DNA of 64,000 bases from Bdellovibrionota bacterium (GCA_050950765.1 JBMNIF010000003.1:288001-352000); one strand, 5' to 3'; shown: positions 42,227 to 53,351, numbered from the stretch's first letter. The notes: generated from the letters alone by a model not told the origin. Translations and numbers: made by a program.

Positions 42227-45200
42227 ATGCTTAATGTAGAAAAAGAAATAAATACACAAGAAAAAGTTAAATCTTGGATGATTGATGGTCTTGGGTATAA
42301 TTTTTTAGGAAACTTAGCATATGAAAATAATAAATGCATAAAGCCTGAACTCCTTCAAGAGAATCTTAAAAAAAGAGGATATAAAAAAGAACAAATTGCA
42401 ATAGCAATTTCGGAGCTTGAAAACGTTGCTGGGAATCAAGTAGATGGTTTATATGAAGTTAATAAAAGAGTTTATTCTCTACTTAGGTACGGCAAGCAAG
42501 GTGTAAAAGATAACGATAACAATCGTCAAACTGTTTCACTATATCGATTGGAAAAATATAGAAAAAAATGATTTTTACTTAGCTGAAGAAGTGTCCGTGC
42601 AATGTTACGATAGAAAATCGCACAAAAGACCAGACCTAGTAATTTATGTAAATGGTATAGCGTTAGCCATTATCGAACTAAAAAGGTCTTGTGTAAGTAT
42701 TGGTGAAGGTATCCGTCAAAGTTTAACTAATCAAAAAAAAGAGCATATAAAAGACTTTTTTCACACTATTCAATTAATTTTTTCTGGAAGCATGTCTGAG
42801 GGGTTAAAGTATGGCACTATTGAAACGAAAGAAAAATATTTCTTAGAGTGGCGAGAAGATAAAAATGCTAAAGATAAATTATCAAAGACTATTAAAGAAC
42901 TTCATACGGATAATAAATTACAGAATGCGATAATTTCATTATGCCATAAAGAACGTTTTTTATCATTTATACACGATTTTGTTGTTTTCGATGCTGGAGC
43001 AAAGAAAGTTGCAAGACATAATCAATACTTTGCTAACATTGCGGCTAGAGCAAAAATTAAAGCAAAAGAAGGTGGTATCATATGGAACACTCAAGGTTCC
43101 GGCAAGTCGCTCATTATGGTCTGGCTTGCTAAATGGATTATAGAAAATGTTGAAGATAGTCGTGTAGTAGTTATTACAGATCGTAAAGAATTAGATGAGC
43201 AAATTCAAAACGTTTTCTATGAGACAGGAGAAAACGCAACTCGTGCTAAAAGCGTAGATGATTTACGAGATTTACTAAATAAAAAAGAAGCAAATATCAT
43301 TTGCTCTTTAATTCATAAATACGGGTATAATTCAGATGCTAAAATAAGCGATATCGATGAATATATAAAAGAATTATCAAAAAGCCTTCCTAAAGGATTT
43401 AAGGCAAAGGGTAATATTATAGCTTTTATCGACGAGTGCCATAGAACAAACTCTGGGAAACTACACCAAGCCGTTAAAACCATCATGCCTGATGCAATAT
43501 TAATCGGCTTTACTGGCACGCCTCTCCTTAAAAAAGAGAAAAAAACGAGTCTCGAGATTTTTGGTCCCTATATTCATACTTATAAATTTGATGAAGGTGT
43601 GGCTGATGGAGTTGTGCTTGATCTTCGCTATGAAGCACGAGATATCGATCAAGATTTATCTAGTAAAGAAAAAGTAGACCTGTGGTTTGAAAATAAAACT
43701 AGAGGGCTAACTGAGCAAGCACAGATGAGATTAAAACAAAGCTGGACCTCGATGAATAAGCTTTATAGCGCAAGGCAACGATTAGAAAAGATAGCAAGCG
43801 ATATTATTTTAGATATGACTATAACGCCACGCTTAAAAAATGAACGAGGTACGGCCTTATTAGTTGCAGGCAGTATTTATGAAGCTTGTAAATATTGGGA
43901 AATATTTAATAGTAAAAATTTTTCAAAGTGTGCCGTTGTAACTTCTTATGAGCCGACTGATGAGAGCGTTAGAACTGCTACTAGTGATTTAGATAGAGAA
44001 AGTGAAGAAGAATATAAAAAAGCTATTTATGAACGAATGTTAGGAGGGCAAACGTGTGCGGACTATGAAAGAGAAGCAAGGAGAAAATTTATAAATGAAC
44101 CAGCTTCTATGAAACTTTTAATAGTAGTTGATAAGCTTCTTACAGGGTTTGATGCTCCTTCTGCTACATATATTTATATCGATAAATCGATGCGTGATCA
44201 CGATTTATTTCAAGCAATATGTCGAGTAAATAGACCAGATGGTGAAGATAAAGATTACGGTTATATAGTCGACTATATGGATTTATTTAGAAATCTTCAG
44301 AGTACTTTTAATGATTATACGGGGGAAGCATTCGAGGATTACGATAAGGAAGATGTAGAAGGACTTCTTAAAAATCGCTACGATGAAGCTAAGGCAGAAA
44401 TGGAGAGTGCAAGGGAAGCTATTAAAGACCTTTTAGAAAATGTCGGCGATAAGCCAAAAGATGAAGATCATATAAGATATTTTGTTGGCGATAGTGGCAT
44501 AAGTGAGTCAGAAGAATTCATTAAAAAAAGAGAAACTCTTTATTCTTTAGTTTCTTCCTACACTAGATCTTTTTGTAATTGTTGCGACAAATTAGTTAGT
44601 AATTATGATTATACTGAAAAAGAAATAGATAAGATTAGAAGAGAGATTGGTGTTTATAATAATATCAAAAAAATGGTTCGTATGAGTAGTTGTGATTATA
44701 TTGACTTAAAGTTGTATGAACCCGATATGCGCTATCTTTTAGATACTTATATTAAGGCAGAAGAGGCTAAAATCATTAACAATTTAAATAATATGAGTTT
44801 AGTTGAAATTTTTGCTGATAATAATACGAATGTACCAATAGATGTTTATAATGAACTTCCTGGTGACCATAACGCTAGGTCGGAAATAATAGAGAATAAT
44901 ATTAAATATGAAATAGTTAAAAAAATGCCGCATAACCTAATATATTATCAAAAATTATCAGATATACTAGAAAGCGTCATAGAACAAAGAAAGAAAGGTG
45001 CTTTAGATTACAAAGAATATTTAAACCAAATTGTAGAACTTACAAAAGCTATTCTGCACCCAGAAGAAAGTGGAAGATATCCTGATTCTATAAAAAGCAG
45101 CGGAGCGAAAAGAGCGTTCTATGATTTTTTTGAAGAGGATGAGAAATTAGCACTTTCAATCGATAAAGCAATATACGATTCCTATGAAACTAATTGGAAA

Positions 45201-45341
45201 GGGAACTTGCAAAAGCAGAGAAAAATTCAAGGTGCTATATTTAATAGCTTAGAGCAGTCTGACTACGATGAAACTAAGGCAAAGAAGCTAGTTGAAGAAA
45301 TTTTTGAAATTGCGAAAAGGCAAGAAGAATATGACATTTAA
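42227..45341 (+). CDS. hsdR: second type I R-M restriction subunit, +1 frameshift near 42535
   Basis: removing one T gives QTVHYIDWKNIEKNDFYLAEEV and joins the two ORFs; RPD..IELK, QGSGKS, DECH, FTGTP, TGFDAP. Confidence 0.9.
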
Positions 45342-46065
45342 TAATCACCTTATAGGAGGCATTCCTGTCGAGATTACAAGGAAGAAAAATATAAAAAATT
45401 TGTATATAAGAGTCGCTCCTCCTCAAGGAGAGGTAGTAGTAAGTTCTCCTAATACTTGCACTGATGAAGAAATAAAATTTTATGTCCTTAAAAGGCTTCC
45501 TGATATAATGGCAGCAAGAGAGCGTATGAAATCGCAAATTAGGCAAAGTCCTAGGGAGTACGTCTCTGGCGAGTCCCATTATTTATGGGGCAAATCTTAT
45601 ATGCTTCAAGTTATCAAAGAAGGTAAGAAATATATAATTAAACAAGTTCCTAATAAGATTATTTTTACAGTCCCTGAGGATGCTACGAGAGAATCAAAAG
45701 AACGGGCGTTTAACGAATGGTATAGAAGAGATTTAAAAAGAGTTCTTTCTAATATAGTAAAACCTATTGAGCAAAAAATAGGAGTTTCTGCTAATGAATA
45801 TTGTATAAAAAATATGAAAACAAAATGGGGAACTTGTAATATAGAAAAGCGTAGAATTTGGATAAATCTTCAACTTGCAAAGAAACCTATTGAATGTCTT
45901 GAGTATATAATCACTCATGAATTATTGCATCTTATAGAAAAGAATCATACGCATAAATTTTATGCTTTAGTAGAAAAATATTATCCTACGTGGAAGGAAG
46001 CTCAAAAGAAACTGGAGCAGATGCCTCTGGATTACTTAGAAAGCGAGACACCCACTTTGAGCTAA
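45331..46065 (+). CDS. M48/YgjP (DUF45)-like zinc metallopeptidase linked to type I R-M
   Basis: KWGTC, HELLH..NH..FY. Confidence 0.85.
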   Translation: MTFNNHLIGGIPVEITRKKNIKNLYIRVAPPQGEVVVSSPNTCTDEEIKFYVLKRLPDIMAARERMKSQIRQSPREYVSGESHYLWGKSYMLQVIKEGKKYIIKQVPNKIIFTVPEDATRESKERAFNEWYRRDLKRVLSNIVKPIEQKIGVSANEYCIKNMKTKWGTCNIEKRRIWINLQLAKKPIECLEYIITHELLHLIEKNHTHKFYALVEKYYPTWKEAQKKLEQMPLDYLESETPTLS

Positions 46066-46367
46066 AATCCAAGCCTTTACTAATATATTGATATTATTAA
46101 ACTATTACAACCTTAGCCTTTGCGTATCTGAATTGCAAAGCTCTCGGCAAGAAAGGTACCAGCAACTCTTCCCAACCGACGCATAATGAACAGTTTTTTG
46201 CTTCGCTAGATAAAGCCATACCAAGAGGAACTTCCAAAATTGACTAACAACACTGACACATTCAGTTAATTGGTGTAATGTCACTAGGTAATGGTAGATT
46301 TGTGCCTAACACTAGAGAAATTCTCTTTAGATGGTAGTATCGAATAATCCATTTATAGGAGGAATTT

Positions 46368-49300
46368 TTGAGCGAAGCCTGCATCTGCACAAGTTATACG
46401 GATAAACTTTTCACCTTTGTTACGGCGGTTCCTACGCATATTCTTCTTTTTTCACTTGCCGCACTAGTTATATTTATACTGGTCTACTACACTAACAATA
46501 AAGGATTTAATCCTTTACACCGAGCAGCAAGCAAAACTTCACTTCGCAGTTCGGTTATTAAAGAGAAGAAGAAATACTACAATCGAAACCTATCAGCTCG
46601 ATACGAAGATTTTCTTATTCTAATAAGCACACCTTCTAGGAAGTTGTTTTATCTATATTTAGCTGTTTTTATACTTTTATTCTTTATAAGCCATTCATGT
46701 ATATATATGCCATCTTGGTTAATTTGGTGTGCAGATGAGAATGCTCTTCAGAATTTTTTTGCAGCTTTGACTGGAATTGGTGCTCTGATTTTTGCGCTTA
46801 TTATCTTTATCTCAGAACTTGACCGAAAAAATATAGGCAAACTTCTCACTCGAGTTTTTCTCATCAGAACCAAACTTCTTTTTTTGCTCTCATTATGTCT
46901 TTTCTCCTTCCTCATATTTCTAGGACCAACAATTAACATAGTGGCAATTATTCTGCTGCTTCCATTGTGTATACTGACTGTTCTTGCCGTATTCCGAGTA
47001 ATTCAACTTACTCTTAGTCAGACTCAAACGCAAAGTTTGATTGACAAATTACTCCGAAGAGACTTGGTTATTCATGTTGAGAATTCGATCTCCCGCAGAA
47101 TTTCAAAAAACATTATTCGAGATTTTCTAACAGAAGAAACGGATAATATTGAATTTTGTCCATGGATATTTCGTCGGGAAGAATATGATCATGTTATTCA
47201 TCCAAACTCTGGAACGGTAATAGATATCGATCTTAAACAGCTAAGAAAAGTGTTAAACAAAATTGCTTCAAAAACAATCACACCTGCTTCAATTAAACCA
47301 GAAGGGGAAGATCTACCTCCCGACCGATATGAAAGAAAGGAAAAAGAAGTTCTAGCTTACTTGCGGAAGTGCCTCGATGATAAAATAGAGGATTCCGACA
47401 AGACTATTCTCTCGATTAAAAAAGGACACCTCACTTTGCATGAGCTGCAAGAAGTTCAACAGTTGATTAAAACTGCGTATAAGATTAAAAGAAAAACAAC
47501 AAACGAAATTGAAGAGCTTAGAAATGTCCTTAAAGAGATAAAAGATAACTTCATATTTGCATTAGCTAATAATTATGGTGGACAAGTTGATAGACTTGTT
47601 GAGACCTACACAAACCTTGCCGAGGAGTTCCTAAAAGTCCTTTCAAGATACCCAGCGCAATACGATCTCAAGGCTGCAAGAAATGAAATATCAAATAAGT
47701 TCTGGGGCGAGTCATGGGAAGAAATTAATTGGCTCGTTGATGATATTAGGGATATCACTGAATATTGTTTGAGGAACGCCGAGTCAATCTTGACAAATGA
47801 TCTTCATTCTTCACTGCATTTGCCAATTTCTATTTGCTCTCGAGCGATCAAATATTCTGATAACTTTCTGTTTCAAAGTTTTTTGCCATCTTTAACTTCC
47901 CAATTTAACTATGGTCATCGAATTACTAACAACGAGATTAGAAACCTAGTGCTCGATAACTGCGTCCGATACCCTAAAGAACTAGGCAGCTACTACATTA
48001 CGCCCCAATTAACGAAGAAACACCTGTCACAACAAGAACGAGAAAGAATAGGCGATATGATCTTATATTTATCTTCCTTTTATGCTGAATTGATCAGAGA
48101 AGCCTATTTAAATGAAGATACGATCCTCGTGAACAAATTTATTGATGGATTAAATAGTTGTGCTGATGATTTTAGACCATCTTCCGATCGTTGGAACATG
48201 AAATATCTTAAAGAACGTTTAAAGGTAGCTGCTACCGAAGATGAAAGAAAAATGCTTTCTGAACAAATTAAAGAACAGAAATTTCTGGAAGAACTTGAAT
48301 CTAAAATCTGCAGTAGAAAAAGAGAAGTATCATTTTACGTTGCAACAAAGTTGCTTGATGGAGTTTATTCTAATAATGGTGTCGATTGGAGCAAAAGTTT
48401 TAAAAAGGCTTTAGATCTCCTCCCCTCGGACTTTTTCCAACTATTTGTCATTTTTTCTGATAAAGCTAATGGGCTTGATCCTGAAAGTATAAATTCCATT
48501 GGTCCATGGCAAAGATCAATATCTGAAAAAGAAATATCTCGGACTGGGATAGATAAAAATCTTTCTGAAGTTTTTTGTATCAAACTATTGTCGAGCCCCT
48601 CCATGATCAATGATTCGATCGATCCAACCACTATTAATGCAGAGATGAGTCTACTATGCGAGCCAAATGGCGAACTTCGCAAAACACTAATTTCTATTAA
48701 ATCTAAAAAAACGCAATTAAAAAATATTTTAAGCGATGAACAGTGGTCTAGCATAAACAAAGTACAACAATTTTTCGATAAAATCGTCGAAATTAATAAG
48801 AAAAATGAGGAATTAAAAAAGCAAATATCCTCCCTTTCTGATAAGAAACTAAATAATTTTAAGGAAAATACGATAAAATTTTTTAAGCAACATTTACTGC
48901 TAAGACCAATATTGGACTCAGTTTTTAATTGTTACGTTGATAGAACAACTGAATATGAAACTAAAGATGTCGTTACCATAGGGTTAAATCAGATTAGCGA
49001 TAAAGCAATTTTCATTGAACCATGGGATGTCTCTTATCGTAGATTGGAACAGGGCTATGGACAGGCTTATGGCGAAAGTATAGCGCTTGGCGAGAATCTC
49101 TACCTCTTCCGCAAATTGAAGGAGTTTGTCGTCGCTGATCAACGAAGTAACCTGCTCAATCACATTAAAAATAATAAGAATTCGATACTGATTCTGATCA
49201 ACGTTAGTGAATATATATTATTTGAGGAGTTGGGCTTGAATTTCACGTCTAATTATAAGCTTCCTACTAGAAGAACGGAACATCGCTTTGCTGGCATACT

Positions 49301-49682
49301 TGACATTAATGGATCAGGCATTGATGTATTTTCATTGTATATGCGTAGTAAAGAATCAGGGGTTTTTATTATAAATAAGGCATTAAAAATTAAAATTGAA
49401 CAATTTGCACCTTTTGCCCCTCTTAGCCCTTCTTTTGAACAGCGCAATGAGATCGGATTTGAAATATTAGATCTTAATATTAATGATGATCGAAGAAATG
49501 AACTTATTCAAATAGCACCAGATTGGTTAATAAAAGTATCCAATGATGAAAAAGAGCAAGAAAATTACCTGCGCAGGCGTGCTCAAGTCACAGTTATTGA
49601 ACGAATGAGAATTACAAAAGCGGAGCCAGATGAAAAAGACTTCACCCCTGGATTTTGGATTCCTCTTGAAGATCTGGAGTAA
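46368..49682 (+). CDS. large hypothetical protein with N-terminal multi-TM domain
   Basis: 1104-aa ORF with AGGAGG RBS; about 5-6 hydrophobic helices, then a long soluble region. Confidence 0.7.
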   Translation: MSEACICTSYTDKLFTFVTAVPTHILLFSLAALVIFILVYYTNNKGFNPLHRAASKTSLRSSVIKEKKKYYNRNLSARYEDFLILISTPSRKLFYLYLAVFILLFFISHSCIYMPSWLIWCADENALQNFFAALTGIGALIFALIIFISELDRKNIGKLLTRVFLIRTKLLFLLSLCLFSFLIFLGPTINIVAIILLLPLCILTVLAVFRVIQLTLSQTQTQSLIDKLLRRDLVIHVENSISRRISKNIIRDFLTEETDNIEFCPWIFRREEYDHVIHPNSGTVIDIDLKQLRKVLNKIASKTITPASIKPEGEDLPPDRYERKEKEVLAYLRKCLDDKIEDSDKTILSIKKGHLTLHELQEVQQLIKTAYKIKRKTTNEIEELRNVLKEIKDNFIFALANNYGGQVDRLVETYTNLAEEFLKVLSRYPAQYDLKAARNEISNKFWGESWEEINWLVDDIRDITEYCLRNAESILTNDLHSSLHLPISICSRAIKYSDNFLFQSFLPSLTSQFNYGHRITNNEIRNLVLDNCVRYPKELGSYYITPQLTKKHLSQQERERIGDMILYLSSFYAELIREAYLNEDTILVNKFIDGLNSCADDFRPSSDRWNMKYLKERLKVAATEDERKMLSEQIKEQKFLEELESKICSRKREVSFYVATKLLDGVYSNNGVDWSKSFKKALDLLPSDFFQLFVIFSDKANGLDPESINSIGPWQRSISEKEISRTGIDKNLSEVFCIKLLSSPSMINDSIDPTTINAEMSLLCEPNGELRKTLISIKSKKTQLKNILSDEQWSSINKVQQFFDKIVEINKKNEELKKQISSLSDKKLNNFKENTIKFFKQHLLLRPILDSVFNCYVDRTTEYETKDVVTIGLNQISDKAIFIEPWDVSYRRLEQGYGQAYGESIALGENLYLFRKLKEFVVADQRSNLLNHIKNNKNSILILINVSEYILFEELGLNFTSNYKLPTRRTEHRFAGILDINGSGIDVFSLYMRSKESGVFIINKALKIKIEQFAPFAPLSPSFEQRNEIGFEILDLNINDDRRNELIQIAPDWLIKVSNDEKEQENYLRRRAQVTVIERMRITKAEPDEKDFTPGFWIPLEDLE

Positions 49683-50040
49683 CGTTGCCGGTGTTTTTAT
49701 TTAAAGTCCCCCATCCTTACCGAACGCTTTGCAACTGGGGTAGTTAAACTTTAAAAATTATAATAATTAAATAATATAAAAGCGTTGGTGAAAATTTTGA
49801 GTTTAGCTAAGTGAGTATCCTAAATTACTTTATCTCGCTTGGTACCTTTTATGGCGCTATGAGACTATTTCTTAAAATTACGATTGGTGGTTTTTTGGAG
49901 GTAAGGCCCCTTTATCGCCACCCCTTACCTCTGCCGACTTAAAGCTTTTGTTACTACCTTTAGCCATACTTTGCAGCTCTTTCTTAGTTGTTGAAGAAAA
50001 AGTTAATATTGTAACAGAATAGATTAGAACTCTACGGGCA

Positions 50041-50637
50041 GTGATTATGAATGAACTTAATCAGATCAATTCTCTTTTAAAGCGCGTTCCAAATGAAGGG
50101 GCACCAGTAGTGTGCTTAATTACCGGCTCCAGTGGTTGCGGAAAGACACACTTGGCGAAAGCTCTTGCCGCTGCTTTAGATCAAACTCGTTCCGAAGTCT
50201 GTTACTTTGATAGTAATGGAGTGCCCTCACTCAATGAAATGGTGAAAGAGTTTGGCTCACCACAAAAGTGGCAGGAGATAACCACACACCGTTGGCTCGC
50301 TCATATTGCTCAAGTGAAAAAGCCACTTGCTATCCTCGAGGGTAGCTTTAACCCTCACTTTGCCGTAGAAGGGTGCCATTTTTCCGGACTCACAACTTAC
50401 TGTATAGTTGTTCTTACCTGCGCGGAAAAAATTTGGGAAGAGCGTCTCCGTGGTCCACGCGCTCAGGAAGATCTAATCACAACAGACATGCGTAATTGGA
50501 ACCGATTTCTTGTTGAGGAAACAGTCAAACTCGGCGGAGTAGTCGTAGACACGAGCGCATCCAATGTTACTGAAAACATAATTCAGATCACACAATTGCT
50601 TATGCCCTTACTTGAAAGTAAAATCAGAAACACATGA
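50041..50637 (+). CDS. P-loop nucleotide-kinase-like protein
   Basis: ITGSSGCGKT, AILEGS, lid-like ERLRGPR. Confidence 0.7.
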   Translation: MIMNELNQINSLLKRVPNEGAPVVCLITGSSGCGKTHLAKALAAALDQTRSEVCYFDSNGVPSLNEMVKEFGSPQKWQEITTHRWLAHIAQVKKPLAILEGSFNPHFAVEGCHFSGLTTYCIVVLTCAEKIWEERLRGPRAQEDLITTDMRNWNRFLVEETVKLGGVVVDTSASNVTENIIQITQLLMPLLESKIRNT

Positions 50638-51107
50638 TACTATCACTGCACAAAAAACCGATAACTGATTTTTCTATTGAGAACACGCTACATCATCGCG
50701 ATCGCGGCTCCTTTCCCACTTGGCTTGATGCTTTTTTACGAGGTCCTGGAAACAACATCCCCTTAGCAGATGGTCTCCTTCAAGAACAGCGCTGGTGGTT
50801 AGGTCCTGAATTGTTGCCATTAAAGCAACTTATACCTAAATGCGGACCAAATTGTGAATATCACGAAGATGACGCTAGCTGGAAGAGACGCACCACCGAA
50901 ATCGCACAAGCTATTAACAACGGGACTAAACTACCTCCACTAATCGCTGAGTATCGCGATGGCAAACTCTTCCTTGCTGATGGCAATCACCGACACGGCG
51001 CTCTAGCCCTCATCGGCGAAACTCAATACTGGACAGCGATTTGGTTTAACTCAAAAGAAGATTTAGATCGTTATCGTAAAGATTTGTCTGACTTCCAAGT
51101 TTTTTAG
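50634..51107 (+). CDS. ParB/Srx N-terminal-domain protein
   Basis: LPPLIAE..LADGNHRHGAL; ATGA overlap with the kinase. Confidence 0.75.
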   Translation: MILSLHKKPITDFSIENTLHHRDRGSFPTWLDAFLRGPGNNIPLADGLLQEQRWWLGPELLPLKQLIPKCGPNCEYHEDDASWKRRTTEIAQAINNGTKLPPLIAEYRDGKLFLADGNHRHGALALIGETQYWTAIWFNSKEDLDRYRKDLSDFQVF

Positions 51108-51889
51108 CTAAATTTGTCCATTATAAAAAATCCGACTTGTTGAAATATAAGAAGAAGTTTTTTAAAGCGAAGCTTAAAAAAACTGTCTCTCAGGAAGTCA
51201 GATGAAAGCATTCATCCTGCCTTGTGAATATCACGAAGATGACGCTAGCTGGAAGAGACGCACCACCGAAATCGCACAAGCTATTAACAACGGGACTAAA
51301 CTACCTCCACTAATCGCTGAGTATCGCGATGGCAAACTCTTCCTTGCTGATGGCAATCACCGACACGGCGCTCTAGCCCTCATCGGCGAAACTCAATACT
51401 GGACAGCGATTTGGTTTAACTCAAAAGAAGATTTAGATCGTTATCGTAAAGATTTGTCTGACTTCCAAGTTTTTTAGCTAAATTTGTCCATTATAAAAAA
51501 TCCGACTTGTTGAAATATAAGAAGAAGTTTTTTAAAGCGAAGCTTAAAAAACTGTCTCTCAGGAAGTCAGATGAAAGCATTCATCCTGCCTTGTGAATAT
51601 CACGAAGATGACGCTAGCTGGAAGAGACGCACCACCGAAATCGCACAAGCTATTAACAACGGGACTAAACTACCTCCACTAATCGCTGAGTATCGCGATG
51701 GCAAACTCTTCCTTGCTGATAGCAATCACCGACACGGCGCTCTAGCCCTCATCGGCGAAACTCAATACTGGACAGCGATTTGGTTTAACTCAAAAGAAGA
51801 TTTTGATCGTTATCGTAAAGATTTGTCTGACTTCCAAGTTTTTTAGCTAAATTTGTCCACTACAAAAAATCCGACTTGTTGAAATATAA
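50852..51889. repeat. triplication of the ParB-N gene 3' half with a 71-72 bp hairpin linker (A-L-A-L-A')
   Basis: units at 50852, 51222, 51591 (periods 370 and 369). Confidence 0.95.
51202..51846 (+). pseudogene. two 5'-truncated ParB-N copies (51202-51477, 51571-51846) with linker-derived starts
   Basis: MKAFILP from the linker fused to CEYHED...DFQVF. Confidence 0.7.
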
Positions 51890-51929
51890 CCTAACCACTT
51901 CAAAAGAATTTTAACTCGCTCTTGGGACA

Positions 51930-52919
51930 CTATAAAGAAAGCTCCTTAGAGTGAATGTAGGAAATAAATTTTTTCTCATCAGTTTTTTTATAAGCCACCT
52001 CTTGATGCGATCTATCCGCAATTTCTTTAGCAGTTAACCCTCCGAGATCTCGTCTCACCAATAACAACACCTCACGTTCAGAAGTATTAAAGTTAGATAG
52101 GTCTAGCTCGCTCTTAGCAATATACCTCTCTCCTACATAACCGTTTGGATAAAAGACTTCATCCACTTCAAGCAACCCTTCTTCAACCATTGAGGCAAAG
52201 TAAAGGTTGAAATCATCAATCACAGGACCGTAATCAATTTTAACATAGCGCGTGCCAGTAATTGACAATCCGAACTCTTTGCACGCTTTAAAATCCGCAT
52301 AAAATAGAAGCTTATTTAAGTTCGTCTTTTGACAGCCGCCTTTGCAAAAAAATTGAATAACACTTTTAAGTCTATTTAAATCAAACTTTCGATAACCTGA
52401 GTACTCATCAACATCATTCTTAGTAAAAACAACTTCAAATAACTTCGATATAACTTCACTCCTACGAGGAGTCAGTGCAGATATTAAATCGCGTCTTCTT
52501 TCTGGTGAAAAACTGCCTCTGTTTTCTTTTAATAAACGCAATATATTTAATGGCTCTCTAAGTAACCCTAAAACTCTTTCGTGCGATTCACTTTGAAGTG
52601 CCCCATTTTCATATCGACTAAGTGTAGCAACGCCCCATCCAAGAAGATCAGCTAACTCAACTTGTAAAAACCCATATTGCTTTCGAAACGCTACTATCTC
52701 TTCAGGTTGAGTCCATCGATGTCTCTTCCTATATTCACGAAATGCAGAATCATTCGGATCGCTATCTGGATCATAAAAATCGGTGCCACATTTTTTACAA
52801 ACAAAAATAGTAACAGGCACATCAATTGTGTCACCTCTTACTTGAAAAGATTCTAAACACTCTTTCCGTTTGAGTTGAGTTTCTTTTTCACAGTTTGGAC
52901 AAAATCCTTTGGTTATCAT
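51930..52919 (-). CDS. MqsA-like antitoxin (CxxC Zn finger + HTH) fused to a DUF4065/Panacea domain
   Basis: CPNC..CKKCG, HTH LSRYENG, KLLFYADF..GPV..SH. Confidence 0.85.
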   Translation of the reverse strand: MITKGFCPNCEKETQLKRKECLESFQVRGDTIDVPVTIFVCKKCGTDFYDPDSDPNDSAFREYRKRHRWTQPEEIVAFRKQYGFLQVELADLLGWGVATLSRYENGALQSESHERVLGLLREPLNILRLLKENRGSFSPERRRDLISALTPRRSEVISKLFEVVFTKNDVDEYSGYRKFDLNRLKSVIQFFCKGGCQKTNLNKLLFYADFKACKEFGLSITGTRYVKIDYGPVIDDFNLYFASMVEEGLLEVDEVFYPNGYVGERYIAKSELDLSNFNTSEREVLLLVRRDLGGLTAKEIADRSHQEVAYKKTDEKKFISYIHSKELSL

Positions 52920-52930
52920 ACTAACCTCCT

Positions 52931-53293
52931 TTATCGATATACGTTCCTAAGAGGATATTCTGCTTCGTGAAACGAAATACATATAACTGCTTGGTGCGTA
53001 CCTGTCTTAACAACCTTCACTTTAATATAAACCGGTCGCTCACAGATCTTTTTACCAAAAGTCCAAACGTTCCCTTTAAACTTTAGATCAAGATCTGCAT
53101 CTGGTTCTGAACAGTAGTCTTCAACCTTTAAGTTCATGACCTCTTGCCTGCAATTTTTGATAGTGAACCCCATCCTTAGTAAAGCATCGCGGTTCTTTTC
53201 TCTGGGGATGAGATAGAACTTGCCGCCTGCTTTAAGTATCTGTCTGAGATCATCAAAAAAGATCTTAACTGCCTCTTTGTCAGCCATAACCAC
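52931..53293 (-). CDS. MqsR-like toxin
   Basis: REKNRDAL, VWTFGK..VYIK, CISFH; upstream of the antitoxin. Confidence 0.75.
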   Translation of the reverse strand: MVMADKEAVKIFFDDLRQILKAGGKFYLIPREKNRDALLRMGFTIKNCRQEVMNLKVEDYCSEPDADLDLKFKGNVWTFGKKICERPVYIKVKVVKTGTHQAVICISFHEAEYPLRNVYR

Positions 53294-53321
53294 TTTAAAA
53301 ATTAACTCCCTTTATATTTGT

Positions 53322-53351
53322 AGTTTATATATCAATTGATATATTTGTCAA
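53322..53351 (-). promoter_or_regulatory. TA promoter with an 18-bp perfect palindromic operator
   Basis: ATATATCAATTGATATAT (53327-53344) between the minus-strand TTGACA (53346-53351) and a -10-like box. Confidence 0.7.

Noticed and set aside
50634..51107. Plasmid or chromosome partition system
   Set aside because: No HTH or dimerisation domain, the partner is kinase-like rather than ParA, and no parS seen
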